Position numbers and translations under genes: made by a program. A stretch of DNA of 64,000 nt from Mobula hypostoma (taxonomy: Eukaryota): NCBI RefSeq assembly GCF_963921235.1, contig NC_086098.1, forward strand, positions 124,001 through 188,000, in the 5' to 3' direction. Shown here in pieces: positions 21,689 to 35,435 of this stretch (the first letter of the stretch is position 1; each line of letters starts with the position of its first letter). The notes beneath the pieces were generated by a model. It made no database searches, was not told where the DNA came from, and worked only from the letters and a program-made list of their open reading frames with translations.

Positions 21689-22940
21689 ACCCAGCCGGAT
21701 GTGAGATCAGGCAGGAAGTGGTTAGCCCGTGTAGCAGTTGATGAGGCAGAGTCTAGATTGAAGCACAAGAAGATGGTTGGGGCTATCCAGCTAGGCCGCC
21801 AGGGACTTGGATGGACAACCCACAAGTGGTGGTTATCTTCTACAGGTAAGGAGCACCGTGAGCTTGTAACACAAGAAATACGAGAGGTAGAAGAGGAGAA
21901 GAGGTTAGCTAAAACAGCTGGCCTGGCCAAACAAGGGGCTTGGACCTGGTGGGAAAGTGTTGAACAACGACACCTATCTTGGAATATTCTGTGGCAGATG
22001 GAACCGCTCCACATTTCTTTTCTATGCAGAGCAGCTCCCAACACCTGACAACCTCAGCACCTGGTATGAAGATAAGACAGACAGGTGTGCTGCTTGTGGT
22101 GAGAAGGGAACACTTCAACATATTTTGAGTGCATGCAAAGTCAATCTTTCCAGTGGCATGTACACTTGGAGACATAACAACGTTCTCAAAGTTGTAACAG
22201 AAGCGGTTGAGCAGAGAATACTGCAGCACAACTTACCTCATGCCCCATACTGCACAGAACATCGTATATCATTTGTGAAAGAAGGCTCCAAGTCAAGGGT
22301 GTACAGCACAGGCTCACAATCAAGCATACTTGCTTCAGCCAATGATTGGTGTGTCAAGGCCGACCTGGACGGGAAAAGCAGTTTCCCAGAGCAAATAGCT
22401 TTCACCACATTGTGTCCAGGTATAATCGTATGGTCTGACACCAGTAGAGAAGTGGCTATTGGTGAACTCACAGTCCACTGGAAAGACAACATCGATGAAG
22501 CCCATGAGCGCAAGTTAACCAAGTATACAGAATTAAGATCAGAGTGCAGAGACAGAGGGTGGAAGGTCTCATGCTATCCATTCAAAGTAGGCTGCCGTGG
22601 GTTAATTGAATTCACTTTCCAGAAGTGGCTGCGTGACCTTGGCTTCACTAGAAGAGAGATCAAGTCAATCAGCAGGGCTGTAGCTGAGGCAGCAGAGAAA
22701 GGATCAGCATGGGTGTGGACCAAGTATGTCCAGAGGGGCAGATAGTCAGACAGTGTATACATATCTTGCAAACCCTTCAGTAGTTGCATAGACACTTGAA
22801 GAGCAGACTATCTGTTGGATGGAAGTGACCAACAACTCTGATAGAGGCAGATGCCAAATTTTTAAGCTCACCAGTTGGAGGTGGTGCTTTAGCACTGCTG
22901 GCCCACCACCTCAATGGAGTCTTGATCATAAGCGGGCCAA
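21689..22940 (+). mobile_element. HERO-clade non-LTR retrotransposon with restriction-like endonuclease, 5'-truncated
   Basis: RSGRKW..AVDEAESRL..GRQGLG, QGAWTWWE, CCHC knuckle CAAC...HILSAC, YTWRHN, and (R)P(D>G)IIVW...ELTV....AHERKLTKY. Frameshift near 22030. Confidence 0.82.
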
Positions 22941-22943
22941 AAC

Positions 22944-24695
22944 TGGGAGATAAGAAGATGGCGGAGGAACTGAACAAGTATTTTGCATCAGTCTTCACTG
23001 AGGAAGACATCAGCAATATACCGGACACTCAAGGGTGGCAGGGAAGAGAAGTGTGCGCAGTCACAATTATGACAGAGAAAGTACTCAGGAAGCTGAAATG
23101 TCTAAAGGTAGATAAATCTCCCGGACCAGATGGAATGCACCCTTGCGTTCTGAAGGAAGTAGCTGTGGAGATTGCAGAGGCATTAGCGATGATCTTTCAA
23201 AAGTCGATAGATTCTGGCATGGTTCCGGAGGACTGGAAGATTGCAAATGTCACTCTGCTATTTAAGAAGGGGGAAAGGAAGCAAAAAGGAAATTATAGAC
23301 CTGTTAGCTTGACATCGGTGGTTGGGAAGTTGTTGGAGTCGATTGTCAAGGATGAGGTTACAGAGTACCTGGAGGCATATGACAAGATAGGCAGAACTCA
23401 GCATGGTTTCCTTAAAGGAAAATCCTGCCTGACAAACCTATTACAATTTTTTGAGGAAATTACAAGTAGGCTAGACAAGGGAGATGCAGTGGATGTTGTA
23501 TATTTGGATTTTCAGAAGGCCTTTGACAAGGCGCCACACATGAGGCTACTTAACAAGATAAGAGCCCATGGAATTACGGGAAAGTTACATATGTGGATAG
23601 AGCGTTGGCTGATTGGCAGGAAACAGAGAGTGGTAATAAAGGGATCCTATTCTGGTTGGCTGCCGGTTACCAGTGGTGTTTCACAGGGGTCCGTGTTGGG
23701 GCCGCTTCTTTTTACATTGTACATTAACGATTTGGATTATGGAATAGATGGCTTTGTGGCTAAGTTTGCTGAGGATACGAAGATAGGTGGAGGGACGGTA
23801 GTGCTGAGGAAACAGAGAGTCTGCAGAGAGACTTGGATAGATTGGAAGAATGGGCAAAGAAGTGGCAAATGAAATACAATGTTGGAAAGTGTATGGTATG
23901 CACTTTGGCAGAAGAAATAAACAGGCAGACTATTATTTAAATGGGGAAAGAATTCAAAGTTCTGAGATGCAACGGGACTTGGGAGTCCTCGTACAGGATA
24001 CCCTTAAGGTTAACCTCCAGGTTGAGTTGGTGGTGAAGAAGGCGAATGCAATGTTGGCATTCATTTCTGGAGGAATAGAGTATAGGAGCAGGGATGTGAT
24101 GTTGAGGCTCTATAAGGCACTGGTGAGACTTCACTTGGATTACTATGGGCAGTTTTGGTCTCCTTATTTAAGAAAGGATGTGCTGATGTTGGAGAGGGTA
24201 CGGAGAAGGTTCACTAGAATGATTCCGGGAATGAGAGGGTTAACATATGAGGAACGTTTGTCTGCTCTTGGACTGTATTCCTTGGAGTTTAGAAGAATGA
24301 GGGGAGACCTCATAGAAACATTTCGAATGTTGAAAGGCATGGACAGAGTGGATGTGGCAAAGTTGTTTCCCATGATGGGGGAATCTAGTACGAGAGGGTA
24401 TGATGTAAGGATTGAAGGGTGCCCATTCAGAACAGAAATGCGAACAAATTTTTTTTGCGAGAGTGTGTTGAATCTATGGAATTTGTTGCCACGGGCAGCA
24501 GTGGAGGCCAAGTCATTGGGTGTATTTAGGGCAGAGATTGATAGGTATCTGAGTAGCTCGGGCATCAAAGGTTATGGTGAGAAGGCGGGGGAGTGGGACT
24601 AAATGGGAGAATGGATCAGCTCATGATAAGATGGCGGAGCAGACTCGATGGGCTGAATGGCCGACTTCTGCTTCTTTGTCTTATGGTCTTATAGT
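22944..24695 (+). mobile_element. CR1 LINE RT and 3' end
   Basis: 316-aa and 250-aa ORFs with [16 protein letters not shown] and KFAED. Confidence 0.95.
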
Positions 24696-24789
24696 CTAAA
24701 ACTCCTGAAGACAAGTGGCAGATCAACTGATGATCCTACTGGTGATAGCACAGGACTGTTAACATCTTAGTCCACGTGTATTTTTAACT

Positions 24790-26720
24790 CTTGGTAACAA
24801 TGACATAGGCAGGAAAAGGGAGGAGTTCCTGAAAATAGACTACAGGGAGTTAGGAAAGTAAGTTGAGAAACAGGACCAAAAAAAAGGTAGTCATCTCGGG
24901 ATTATTGCCTGTGCTATGTGACAGTGAGTATAGGAATAGAGTGAGGTGGAGGATAAATGCGTGGCTGTGGGATTGGAGCAGGGGGCAGGAATTCAGATTT
25001 CTGGATCATTGGGACCTCTTTTGGGGCAGGAGTGACCTGTACAAAAAGGATGGGTAGCACTTGAATCCCAGGGGTCAAATATCTTGGTGGGGAAGTTTGC
25101 TAAGTCTATTGGGGAGAGTTTAAACTAGAATTGCTGGGGGGTGGGAACTGAACTGAAGAAAGGGAGGAAGAGGGGGTTGGCTCACAAGTACAGAAAGCTT
25201 GGAGACAGTGTGAGAGGGAGGATAGGCGGGTGTTAGAGAAGGAACATGCTCAGACTAATGGTTGAAGATGTGTCTATTTTAATGCAAGGGGTATTATGAA
25301 CAAAGCAGATGAGCTTAGAGGTGTATCAGTACTTGGAGCTATGATGTTGTGGCCATTACAGAGACTTGGATGGCTCAGGGGCAGGAATGGTTACTTCGAG
25401 TGCCAGGCTTTAGATGTTTCAGAAAGGACAGGGAGGGTGGCAAAAGAGGTGGGGGCGCGGCACTGTTCAGCAGAGGTAGTGTCACAGCTGCAGAAAAGGA
25501 GAAAGTCATGGATGGATTGTCTACGGAGTCTCTGTGGGTGGAAGTTAGGAACAGGAAGGGTTCAATAACTCCACTGAGTGTTTTTTATAGGCCACCTAAT
25601 AGTAATAAGGACATTGAGGAGCAGGTAGGGAGACAGATTCTGGAAAGGTGTAATAATAACAGGGTTGTCATGGTGGGAGATTTTCCAAATATCGATTAGC
25701 TTCTCCCTAGAGTGAGGGGTTCAGATGGAGTGGAGTTTGTTAGGTGTGTTCAGGAGGGTTTCTTGGCACAATATGTAGATAAGCCTATAAGAGGAGAGGC
25801 TGTACTTGATCTGGTAATGGGAAAGGAACCTGGTCAGGTGTCAGGTCTCTCAGTGGGAGAGCATTTTGGAGATAGTGATCACAATTTTATCTCCTTTACC
25901 ATTGCATTGGAGAGGGATAGGAACAGACAAGTTAGGAAAGCGTTTAATTGGAGTAAGGGGAAATCTGAGGTTATCAGGCAGGAACTTGGAAGCATAAATT
26001 GGAAACAGATGTTCTCAGGAAAATGTACGGAAGAAATCTGGCAAACATTCAGGGGATATTTGCGTGTTCTCCATAGGTACATTCCAATGAGACAGGGCAA
26101 GAATGGTAGGGTACAGGAACTGTGGTGTACAAAGGCTGTTGTAAATATAGTCAAGAAGAAAAGAAAAGCTTACGAAAGGTTCAAAAAACTATGTAATGAT
26201 GGAGATCAAGAAGATTATAAGGCTAGCAGGAAGGAGCTTAAGAATGAAATTAGGAGAGCCAGAAGGGGCCATGAGAAGGCCTTGGTGAGTAAGATTAAGG
26301 AAAACCCCAAGGCATTCTGCAAGTATGTTAAGAGCAAGATGATAAGATGTGAGAGAATAGGACCAATCAAATGTGACAGTGGAAAAGTGTGTATGGAACC
26401 AGAGGAGATAGCAGAGGTACTTAATGAGTACTTTACTTCAGTATTCACTATGGAAAAGGATCTTGGCGATTGTGGAGATGACTGAAAAGCTTGAGCATAT
26501 AGATATTGAGAAAGAGGATGTGCTGGAGCTTTAGGATAGCATCAAGTTGAATAAGTCACTGGGACTGGACGAGATGTACCCCAGGCTACTGTGGGAGGTG
26601 AGGATGGAGATTGCTGAGCTTCTGGCGATGATCTTTGCATCATCAATGGGGATGGGAGAGGTTCTGGAGGATTGGAAAGTTGTGGATGTTGTTCCATTAT
26701 TCAAGAAAGGGAGTAGAGAT
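24790..26720 (+). mobile_element. CR1 internal fragment (ORF1 end, EN, linker)
   Basis: VVISGLLPV, ITETW, FYRPP, VGDF, DSDHN. Confidence 0.9.
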
Positions 26721-26721
26721 G

Positions 26722-26900
26722 TTCTATTTTCTATCTTCACAGCTGGTTATATTCTCTCTTTCAAAGCGGGGATAGAAGGCATTGAGTTCGTCTGGTAGTG
26801 AAGCATTGCTACCATTCATTCTCGTGTTTTGCTTTGAAACCCATTCAGAACTGAAGTTCATAAAAGTGAGTTTGTACTTCAATAGTAGCAAGCCACAGCC
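26722..26900 (-). mobile_element. Rex1/Babar fragment
   Basis: ASLPDELNAFYPRFERE. Confidence 0.6.
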
Positions 26901-27171
26901 AGAGATGAGTAAACCTTGTGGAGAAGCGAGCTGAAGTTCAGTGCTGCGTCGACTTAAATTCACAGAGCAGCAATTAAACTGGCCCATCCCTCAACTCCGG
27001 CCCAGACACCCTGACCTTTTCAATCTGACCCAGTGCTTAAATAGTTCAAAGCTGAAGTCATTCCTTGCTCTTGGACCTGGGCCCTGCCGCTTCAATACTC
27101 TCTTGGGCCAGTGCCCTGTCACTTCACTTCAACCTGTACCCAACTTTTCCAATTCGGCTCAGTGCTTAAAT

Positions 27172-27361
27172 AGAAGCATAGAAACATAGAAAATCTACAA
27201 CACAATACAGGCCCTTCGGCCCACATAGTTGTGCTGAACATGCCCCTACCTTAGAAATTACTCTGCTTACCCATAGCCCTCTATTTTTCTAAGCTCCACG
27301 TACCTATCCAAAAGTCTCTTAAAAGACCCTATTGTATCCACCTCCATCACTATTGCCGGCA
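27172..27361 (-). mobile_element. CR1 3' end
   Basis: Same 3' UTR and tail as 4195-4370 and 59612-59800. Confidence 0.8.
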
Positions 27362-27859
27362 AATCTATCAAACCTCGGGTCTTTCCTTGTTCTTAGGCAT
27401 GGGTCCAGGCACCGCCACCTTTACTCTGGATTGCCTCGTTCTCCTCACCTCAGTTCTGCCCAATTGAATTGTCTCCAAGTCGCATTAGCCATTCCCGGCT
27501 CTCCAGCCCAGACCTTGTTGACTTGATTCAGCCCGTACACACCACAACTGTTCTACACCTCTGAGACTTCAGTTCCCACCACAAAAATGCCAGGTCGTAG
27601 AGGAGGTTCAAAAGCTCAACATTGACAAGGGAGTTACAGCCTATTGTTTGCAGTGATTGTTTACAACAATGTGTGATTATTAAAACATTTAATTATTTAT
27701 TTGCCATCAGCAAGAAGCTACTGACCTCCAGCACCATCATAAACCGGAAGCTAGGTTTAGTACTCGGCTAGGTACCCCTACTGAGCCATATGTTTTCTGT
27801 GGGTTCAATCTCCTGAAGGATGGTTACACAACGACCTCGGAGACTGAAACCACAGGGTC

Positions 27860-28230
27860 ATCGTGGGTTGTGGGAGTTTGTGAAGGTGCCTCCATGTTTT
27901 GTCGGTCAAAGCGATCATAAAAGGCATTTAGTTCATCTGGTGTGAAGCCTTGTTTTCAGCTATGTCACTTGCTTTCAGTTTTTAGCAGAAAATAGCATTC
28001 AAGCCCTGCCACAGCTGTGGAACATCCTACAATGATTCCAGTTTGATCCAGAACTTCCACTTTGCATGCGGATGGTTTTCTGGAGATTGCACCTGGACCT
28101 CTTGTATTTTACTTGTCTGCCAGACCTGAATGCCACTAATCTGCCCTCAGCAGATTGTGGATTTGGGGTTCATCCAGGGTTTCTATACATCGTGGTTTTA
28201 GCTCATCAGGCCTGGGCGAAGTACTGTATC
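27860..28230 (-). mobile_element. Decayed Rex1/Babar fragment
   Basis: Reverse complement encodes PDELNAFYDRFD at ~27905-27940. Confidence 0.5.
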
Positions 28231-28319
28231 TAGTAAGCTTCGTTCTTTCTATTCTTGTTTGGCCATTTCTCATCTGTTAGGGCAGAGTAGTGTAGTGAGA
28301 ATGACTGCAGAGGGAGTGT

Positions 28320-29330
28320 TTTGTACTGTGCATGGGATGTGAGGAGAGTTGATATTGGACCACAAGAAAATGATGCTGCTGAGGTGGTAATGGAGGACAA
28401 ATTAATGGCAGATGAATGTAATGGGTACTTTGCATCTTTCTTCACTGTGGAAGACACTAGCTCTGTGCCAGGGGATCGCGTGAGAAAGCAGGAATGAGTG
28501 CCATTGCTATTAAAAAAGGGAAAAGTGCTAGGCAAAATCAAAGGTGGATAAGTCACCTGGGTCAGATGGACTGCATCTCAGAGTCTTCAGAGAGGTTGCT
28601 GAAGAGATAACAGATGCATTAGTCATGATCTTTCAAGAATCACTTGATTCTGGCATGGTTGCGGAGGACTGGAAGATTGCAAATATCACTCCATTCTTTA
28701 AGAAGGGACGAAGGCAAAAGGAAATTATAACGCAGTTCACCTAACCTCGGTGGTTGAGAAAGTGTTGGAGTCTATTATTAAGGATGAGGTTTCAGGGTAC
28801 TTGGAGACGAATGATAAAGTCAACGTGATTTCTGTGAAGGGAAATGTTGCCTGACAAATCTGGGTTTCATCACCCAAGTTACAGAGAAAGGTTGAACAAG
28901 TTGGGTCTTTATTCTTTGGAACGTAGAAGGTTGCGGGGGGGGGGGGGACTTGATAGAGGTATTAAAAATTATGAGAGGGATAGATAGATTTGACGTGGAT
29001 AGGCTTTTTCCATTGAGAGTGGGGGAGATTCAAACAAGAGGACATGAGTTGAGAGTTAGGGGGCAAAAGTTTAGGGGTAACATGAGGAGGAACTTCTTTA
29101 CTCAGAGAGTGGTAGCTGTGTAGAACGAGCTTCCAGCAGAAGTGGTTGAGGCAGGTCCGATGTTGTCGTTTAAAGTTAAACTGGACAGATATATGGACAG
29201 GAAAGGAATGGAGGGTTATGGGCTGAGTGCAGGTCGGTGGGACTAGGTAAGAGTAAGAGTTCGGCATGGACCAGAAGGGCCGAGATGGCCTGTTTTCGTG
29301 CTGTAATTGTTATATGGTTATATGGTTATA
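28320..29330 (+). mobile_element. Two CR1 fragments (RT N-terminus and a 3' end of the TTATATGG-tail subfamily)
   Basis: DKSPGSDG..EDWKIANITP; the 3' end matches 52490-52940. Confidence 0.85.
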
Positions 29331-29334
29331 CCTG

Positions 29335-30772
29335 ACTCTTAAAGGACCTTATCATATCCACCTCCACCAGTGTTGCCGGCAGCCCATTCCATGCACTCAC
29401 CACTCTCGGCATAAAAAAACTTACCCCTGACATCTCCTCTGTACCTACTTTCAAGCACCTTAAAACTGTGCCCTCTCATGCTATCCATTCCAGCCCTGGG
29501 AAAAAAGCCTCTGACTATCCATACAATCAATGCCTCTGATCATCTTATACACCTCTTTCAGAATACCTCTCATTCTCCGTCGCTCCAAGGAAAAAAGGCC
29601 GAGTTCACTCAACCTATTCTCATAAAGCATGCTCCCCAATCCAGGCAACATCCTTGCAAATTTCCTCTGCGCCCTTTCTATGGTTTCCACATCCTTCCTA
29701 AAGTGAGGCGACCAGAATGGAGCACAGTACTCCAAGTGGGGTCTGACCAGAGTCTTATATAGCTGCAACATTACCTTCGGACGATGAAGGCCAATGCACC
29801 ATATGATTTCTTAACCACAGAGTCAACCTGTGCAGCAGCTTTAAGCGTCCTATGGACTCATACCCCAAGATCCTTTTGATCCAACACACAGCCAAGAATC
29901 TTACCATTAATACTATATTCTGCTATCATATTTGACCTACCAAAATTAACCACCTCACACTTATCTGGGTTGAACTCCACTTCTCAGCCCAGATTTGCAT
30001 CCTATCAATGTCCCGCTGTAACCTCTGACAGCCCTCCACACTATCCACAACACCCCCAACCTTTGTGTCATCAGCAAATTTACTAACCATCCCTCCACTT
30101 CCTCATCCAGGTCATTTATAAAAATCACGAAGAGCAGGGATCCCAGAACAGACCCCTGAGGCACACGACTGGTGACCGAACTCCATGCAGAATATGACCC
30201 ATCTACAACCACTCTTTGCCTTCTGTGGGCAAGCCAGTTCTGGATCCACAAAGCAATTTCCCCTTGGAACCCATGCCTCCTTACTTTCTCAATCAGCCTT
30301 GCATGGGGTACCTTGTCAAATGCCTTGCTGAAATCCATATATACAGTACATCTACTACTCTACCTTCATCAATGTGTTTAGCTACATCCTCAAAAAATTC
30401 AGTCAGGCTCGTAAGGCATGACCTGCCTTTCACAAAGCCATGCTGACTATTCCTACTCATATTATACCTCACCAAATGTTCATAAATCCTGCCTCTCAGG
30501 ATCTTCTCCATCAACTTACCAACCACTGAAGTAAGACCCACTGGTCTATAATTTCCTGGGCTGTCTCTACTCCCTTTCTTGAACAACATCTGCAACCCTC
30601 TAATCCTCCAGAACCTCTCCCGCCCCCATTGATGATGCAAAGATCATCGCCAGAGGCTCAGCAATCTCCTCCCTCACCTCCCACAGTAGCCTGGGGTATA
30701 TCATGTCCGATTCCGGTGACTTATCCAACTTGATGCTTTCCAAAAGTTGCAGCACATCCTCTTTCTTAATAA
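29335..30772 (-). mobile_element. CR1 RT fragment; continues at 32456-32570
   Basis: NYRPVGLTS, DFSKAFD, PQGSVLG, LEYCAPFWSP. Confidence 0.9.
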
Positions 30773-32455
30773 TAAGGAAACTGTCATGAAGTCTATGGAA
30801 TTAAGGGAAACATGTAGTGAGATCATAGAAACTGTACAGATCGAAAAGGAGGAAGTCCTTGCTGTCTTGAGGAAAATTAAAGTGGATAAATCCCCAGGAC
30901 CTGACAGGGTGTTCCCTCGGACCTTGAAGGAGACTAGTGCTGAAATTGCAGGGGCCCTGGCAGAAATATTTAAAATGTCGCTGTCTACAGGTGAGGTGCC
31001 GGAGGATTGGAGAGTGGCTCATGTTGTTCCGTTGTTTAAAAAAGGATCGAAAAGTAATCTGGGAAATTATAGGTCAGTAAGTTTAACGTCAGTAGTAGGT
31101 AAGTTATTGGAGGGAGTGCTAAGAGACAGAATCTACAAGCATTTGGATAGACAGGGACTTATTAGGGAGAGTCAACATGGCTTTGTGCGTGGTAGGTCAT
31201 GTTTGACCAATCTATTGGAGTTTTTCGAGGAGGTTACCAGGAAAGTGGATGAAGGGAAGGCAGTGGATATTGTCTACATGGACTTCAGTAAGGCCTTTGA
31301 CAAGGTCCCGCATGGGAGGTTAGTTAGGAAAATTCAGTCGCTAGGTATACATGGAGAGGTGGTAAATTGGATTAGACATTGGCTCAGTGGAAGAAGCCAA
31401 AGAGTGGTAGTAGAGAATTGCTTCTCCGAGTGGAGGCCTGTGACTAGTGGGATGCCACAGGGATCAGTGCTGGGTCCATTGTTATTTGTCATCTATATCA
31501 ATGATCTGGATGATAATGTGGTAAATTGGATCAGCAAGTTTGCTGATGATACAAAGATTGGAGGTGTAGTAGACAGTGAGGAAGGTTTTCAGAGCCTGCA
31601 GAGGGACTTGGACCAGCCGGAAAAATGGGCTGAAAAATGGCAGATGGAGTTTAATACAGACAAGTGTGAGGTATTGCACGTTGGAAGGACAAACCATGGT
31701 AGAACATACAGGGTTAAAGGTAAGGCACTGAGGAGTGCAGTGGAACAGAGGGATCTGGGAATACAGATACAAAATTCCCTAAAAGTAGCATCACAGGTAG
31801 ATAGGGTTGTAAAGAGAGCTTTTGGTACATTGGCCTTTATTAATCAAAGTATTGAGTATAAGAGCTGGAATGTTATGATAAAGTTGTATAAGGCATTGGT
31901 GAGGCCGAATCTGGAGTATTGTGTTCAGTTTTGGTCACCAAATTACAGGAAGGATATTAATAAGGTTGAAAGAGTACAGAGAAGGTTTACAAGGATGTTG
32001 CCAGGACTTGAGAAACTCAGTTACAGAGAAAGGTTGAGTAGGTTAGGACTTTATTCCCTGGAGCGTAGAAGAATGAGGGGAGATTTGATAGAGGTATATA
32101 AAATTATGATGGGTATAGATAGGGTGAATGCAAGCAGGCTTTTTCCACTGAGGCAAGGGGAGAAAAAAACCAGAGGACATGGGTTAAGGGTGAGGGGGGA
32201 AAAGTTTAAAGGGAACACTGGGGGGGGCTTCTTCACACAGAGAGTGGTGGGAGTATGGCATGAGCTGCCAGACGAGGTGGTAAATGCGGGTTCTTTTTTA
32301 ACATTTAGGAATAAATTGGACAGATACATGGATGGGAGGTGTATGGAGGGATCTGGTCTGTGTGCAGGTCAGTGGGACTGGGCAGGAAATGGTTCGGCAC
32401 AGCCAAGAAGGGCCAAAAGGCCTGTTTCTGTGCTGTAGTTTCTATGGTTTCTATC
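30773..32455 (+). mobile_element. Young 5'-truncated CR1 with an uninterrupted RT frame
   Basis: 563-aa ORF (30747-32438) with all RT motifs (KFADD). TTTCTATGG tail. Same subfamily as 6241-9640. Confidence 0.96.
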
Positions 32456-33277
32456 TACGTACCAAACTTTTCAGTCCACTCTAAGTCATCCCTACAATCG
32501 CCAAGATCCTTTTCCGTAGTGAATACTGAAGCAAAGTATTCAATAAGTACCTCTGCTATCTCCTCCGGTTGCAAGATCCTTGCTGCACCTGATGATCCTG
32601 TGATCTTTGTCTCGGAGGCTAATGTTAGACTTTCTTTAAAGAGACGGAACCCTCGCATGACAGAAGGTCCCAATGGAGTACCTGGTAAGGCTCTGAAAAC
32701 ATGTGCCAACCAACTGGCAAGAGTATTCAAGGTCATTTTCAATCTCTCACTGCTACAAGCAGAAGTCCCCACATGCTTCAAAAAGGCAACAATTATACCA
32801 GTGCCTAATAAGAGTAATGCGAGCTGCCTTAATGACTATTGCCCAGTAGCACTCATAGCTACAGTGATGAAATGTTTTGTGAGGGTGGTCATAATTTGAT
32901 TGAGCTCCTGCCTCAGCAAGGTCCTGGAAAAACTGCAATTTGCCTATCGTCACAATAAGTCAATGGCAGACACAATCTCAATAGCTCTTCAATGGCCTTA
33001 GATCACCAAGACAGCACAAACACCTATGTCAGGATGTTGTTCATTGACTATAGATCAGCATTTAACACCATCATTCCCACAATCCTGATTGAGAAGTTAT
33101 GGAACCCGGGCCTATGTACCCTTCTTTACAATTGAATTCTCAACTTCCTAAACGGAAGTCCACAATCTGTGCGGATTGGTGATAATATCTCCTCGCTGAT
33201 GATCAACACTGGTGCACCTTGGGGGTGTGTGCTTATCCTATTGCTCTCCTCTCAATATTCCCATGACTGTGTGGATA

Positions 33278-33551
33278 AGTAAAGGCATCAGTTAGTCTTG
33301 CGAGACCATGGATCTGCACTTGGAAAGTCTTCACCCTCCGGGCAAGGTTGCACGGAAGACTAGCAGTTGCCCATGCTGCAAGTCATCTCTCTCCACGATA
33401 CCAATGTTGTCCATTAGGACCCATACAGCTTGGCACCAGTGTCATCGCAGAGCAATGTGTGATTAAGTGCTTTACTCAAGGACACAACACGTTGGCTTGA
33501 ACTCACGACCTTCAGGTCGCTAGTCCAATGCCTTAACCACTTGGCCACGTG
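33278..33551 (-). mobile_element. tRNA-derived SINE with a CORE-like segment
   Basis: A box TGGCCAAGTGG, B box GTTCAAGCC, then TGTGTCCTTGAGTAAAGCACTTAA. 18-bp TSD CCCA(T/C)GACTGTGTGGATA at 33260-33277 and 33552-33569. Confidence 0.85.
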
Positions 33552-34200
33552 CCCACGACTGTGTGGATAGGCTTAGTTGAAATACCATCTATAAATTTGC
33601 TGAAGATACAACCATTTTAGGCAGAATCTCAGGAGCAAGACATACCAACTAGCGGCGTGGTGTCGCAGCAACAACCTTGCATGCAACTTCAGTAAGACGA
33701 AAGAGCTGATTGTGGACCAGGAAAGGTAAGATGAAGGAACACATACCTATTCTCATAAAGGGATCAGAAGTGGAGAGAGTGAGCAGCTGCAAGTTCCTGG
33801 GTGTCAAGATCTCTGAGGACCTAATCTGGTCCCAACATATCAATGCAGCTATAAAGAAGGCAAGACAGCGACTATATTTAATTCGGAGTTTGAAGAGATT
33901 TGGTATGTCAACAAAAACACTCAGAAACTTCTATTGATGTACCATGGAGAACATTCTGGCATTCTGACAGGCTGCATCACTGTCCGCCATGGGGGGGGGC
34001 AGGGTGGGAAGGGGGGCTACTGAACAGGACTGAAAGAAGCTGCAGAGGGTCATAAATTTAGTCAGCTCTATCTTAGGTACTAACCTACAAAGTACTCAGG
34101 ACATCTACAAGGAGCGGTGTCTCAGAAAGGCAGCACCCATTTATTAAGGACCCCAGCACCCAGGACATGCTCTTTTCTCATTGTTACCATCAGGTAGGAG

Positions 34201-35435
34201 TGAAACCCTCTGGTTTTCTTGGCTGCGTTAGGGAAGACAACCTCTGGCCCAGCCAAACTCGTGAGATTGAGATACTCTCCCACCCCAAACCCCTGTTTGT
34301 GTGCATGCTGTGTAATTTGCTACCCTGTTACAAATTAGTGCCATGAAATAACAGACTGTACACGACATACAATTAAAAGATTAACTTCATGAATCTTAAT
34401 TCCATTAAAGGTTTAATAAAGAAAAGAACAAAAGAAAGGACAATTTTAATTCAACAGTCAAATGTGCACAAGTTGGAGCCCAAAGTTTTTCCATAGTCAC
34501 CGATCCTCAATTGATCTCGCGCCTGGTTTCATCGAATCACGTTCCCACTCCAGATTGAATCCTATGACTTCTTCTTTCCTGCATCTTCCCTTTTCATTTC
34601 CTCTTGAATAAATGCTCCAAGCTCAGCCTCAGTATCCCTTACCAGAGACACCACCGCTTAATTCGACGATCCTAATTGGATGGCACGCATTTCTCCTCCT
34701 CTCTTATCTTCAATAATTGTTAGAAGGCAGGAGGAGAAGATGGCAGCGCGCCTGCGCGTGTGCAGTCCTCTTGTGAAAAATGATATCATATCTGTTAAAG
34801 AGGGGCCATGGACAATTCTGATTTGATGGAGAATGGACGTGAACATCTGGACAAATTTCTGAAACGCCTGTTCGCTGCTGTCGTTACAGTGTGGTCGGGA
34901 ATCTTTCGGAGGGTAGGCCTCTAAATCCCCGGCCCTGTCTGCTTTTGGCGACCGAGAAGGAGGTCGAATCGTTCGGACAGAGATGGCGCTCAGTACTTGG
35001 TGTCGGAGAGCTGATCAGAGCTCGAAGTTTTCAGATGACTCAGAGTCGGATTGTGGTTGGCATGGCAGGGAGAGTTTTTCTTCCTTCTCCTGTCTGCGTG
35101 AGATGTGGGACATTTGAGAAACTTTGAACTTTACTGTGCTCATGGACTTCTTCATCAAGTTATGGTATTGTTGCACTGTTTGTAACTATATGTTATAATT
35201 ATGTGGTTTTGTCAGTTTTTTCAGTCTTGGTCTGTCCTGTGTTTTGTGATACCACACCGGAGGAAATATTGTATCATTTCTTAATGCATGCATTACTAAA
35301 TGACAATAAAAGAGGACTACGTGTCTTCATAGTCTAATAACCCAAACAACCTGAAAACAGAACAGACTGCTCTTACAGAACTGCTAAATGAAATATATAC
35401 AGCATAACAGTAAAAATATGAACCAGAGCACTACA
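34201..35435. mobile_element. Probable solo LTR carrying a ~620-bp insertion
   Basis: TG...CA ends with an imperfect terminal inverted repeat (TGAAACCCTCTGGTT / AACCAGAGCACTACA). It splits Rex1 at GGTAGGAG|GTACAGAAG. The TSD is degenerate. Confidence 0.7.
34717..35335 (+). mobile_element. Non-autonomous ~620-bp retroposon, copy 1
   Basis: Homologous to 40881-41495, starts GAAGATGGC, ends AATAAAAGAGGACT..TCT, AATAA TSD. Confidence 0.75.

Noticed and set aside
21557..22048. 163-aa ORF as an independent gene
   Set aside because: The N-terminus is antisense Rex1 and the rest is HERO ORF.
27695..27775. Possible micro-exon after TTTGCCATCAG
   Set aside because: Donor sites are weak and no peptide is recognisable, so it cannot be supported without transcript data.
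33480..33551. tRNA gene
   Set aside because: It has A and B boxes but no complete cloverleaf, and it is the head of a TSD-flanked SINE.
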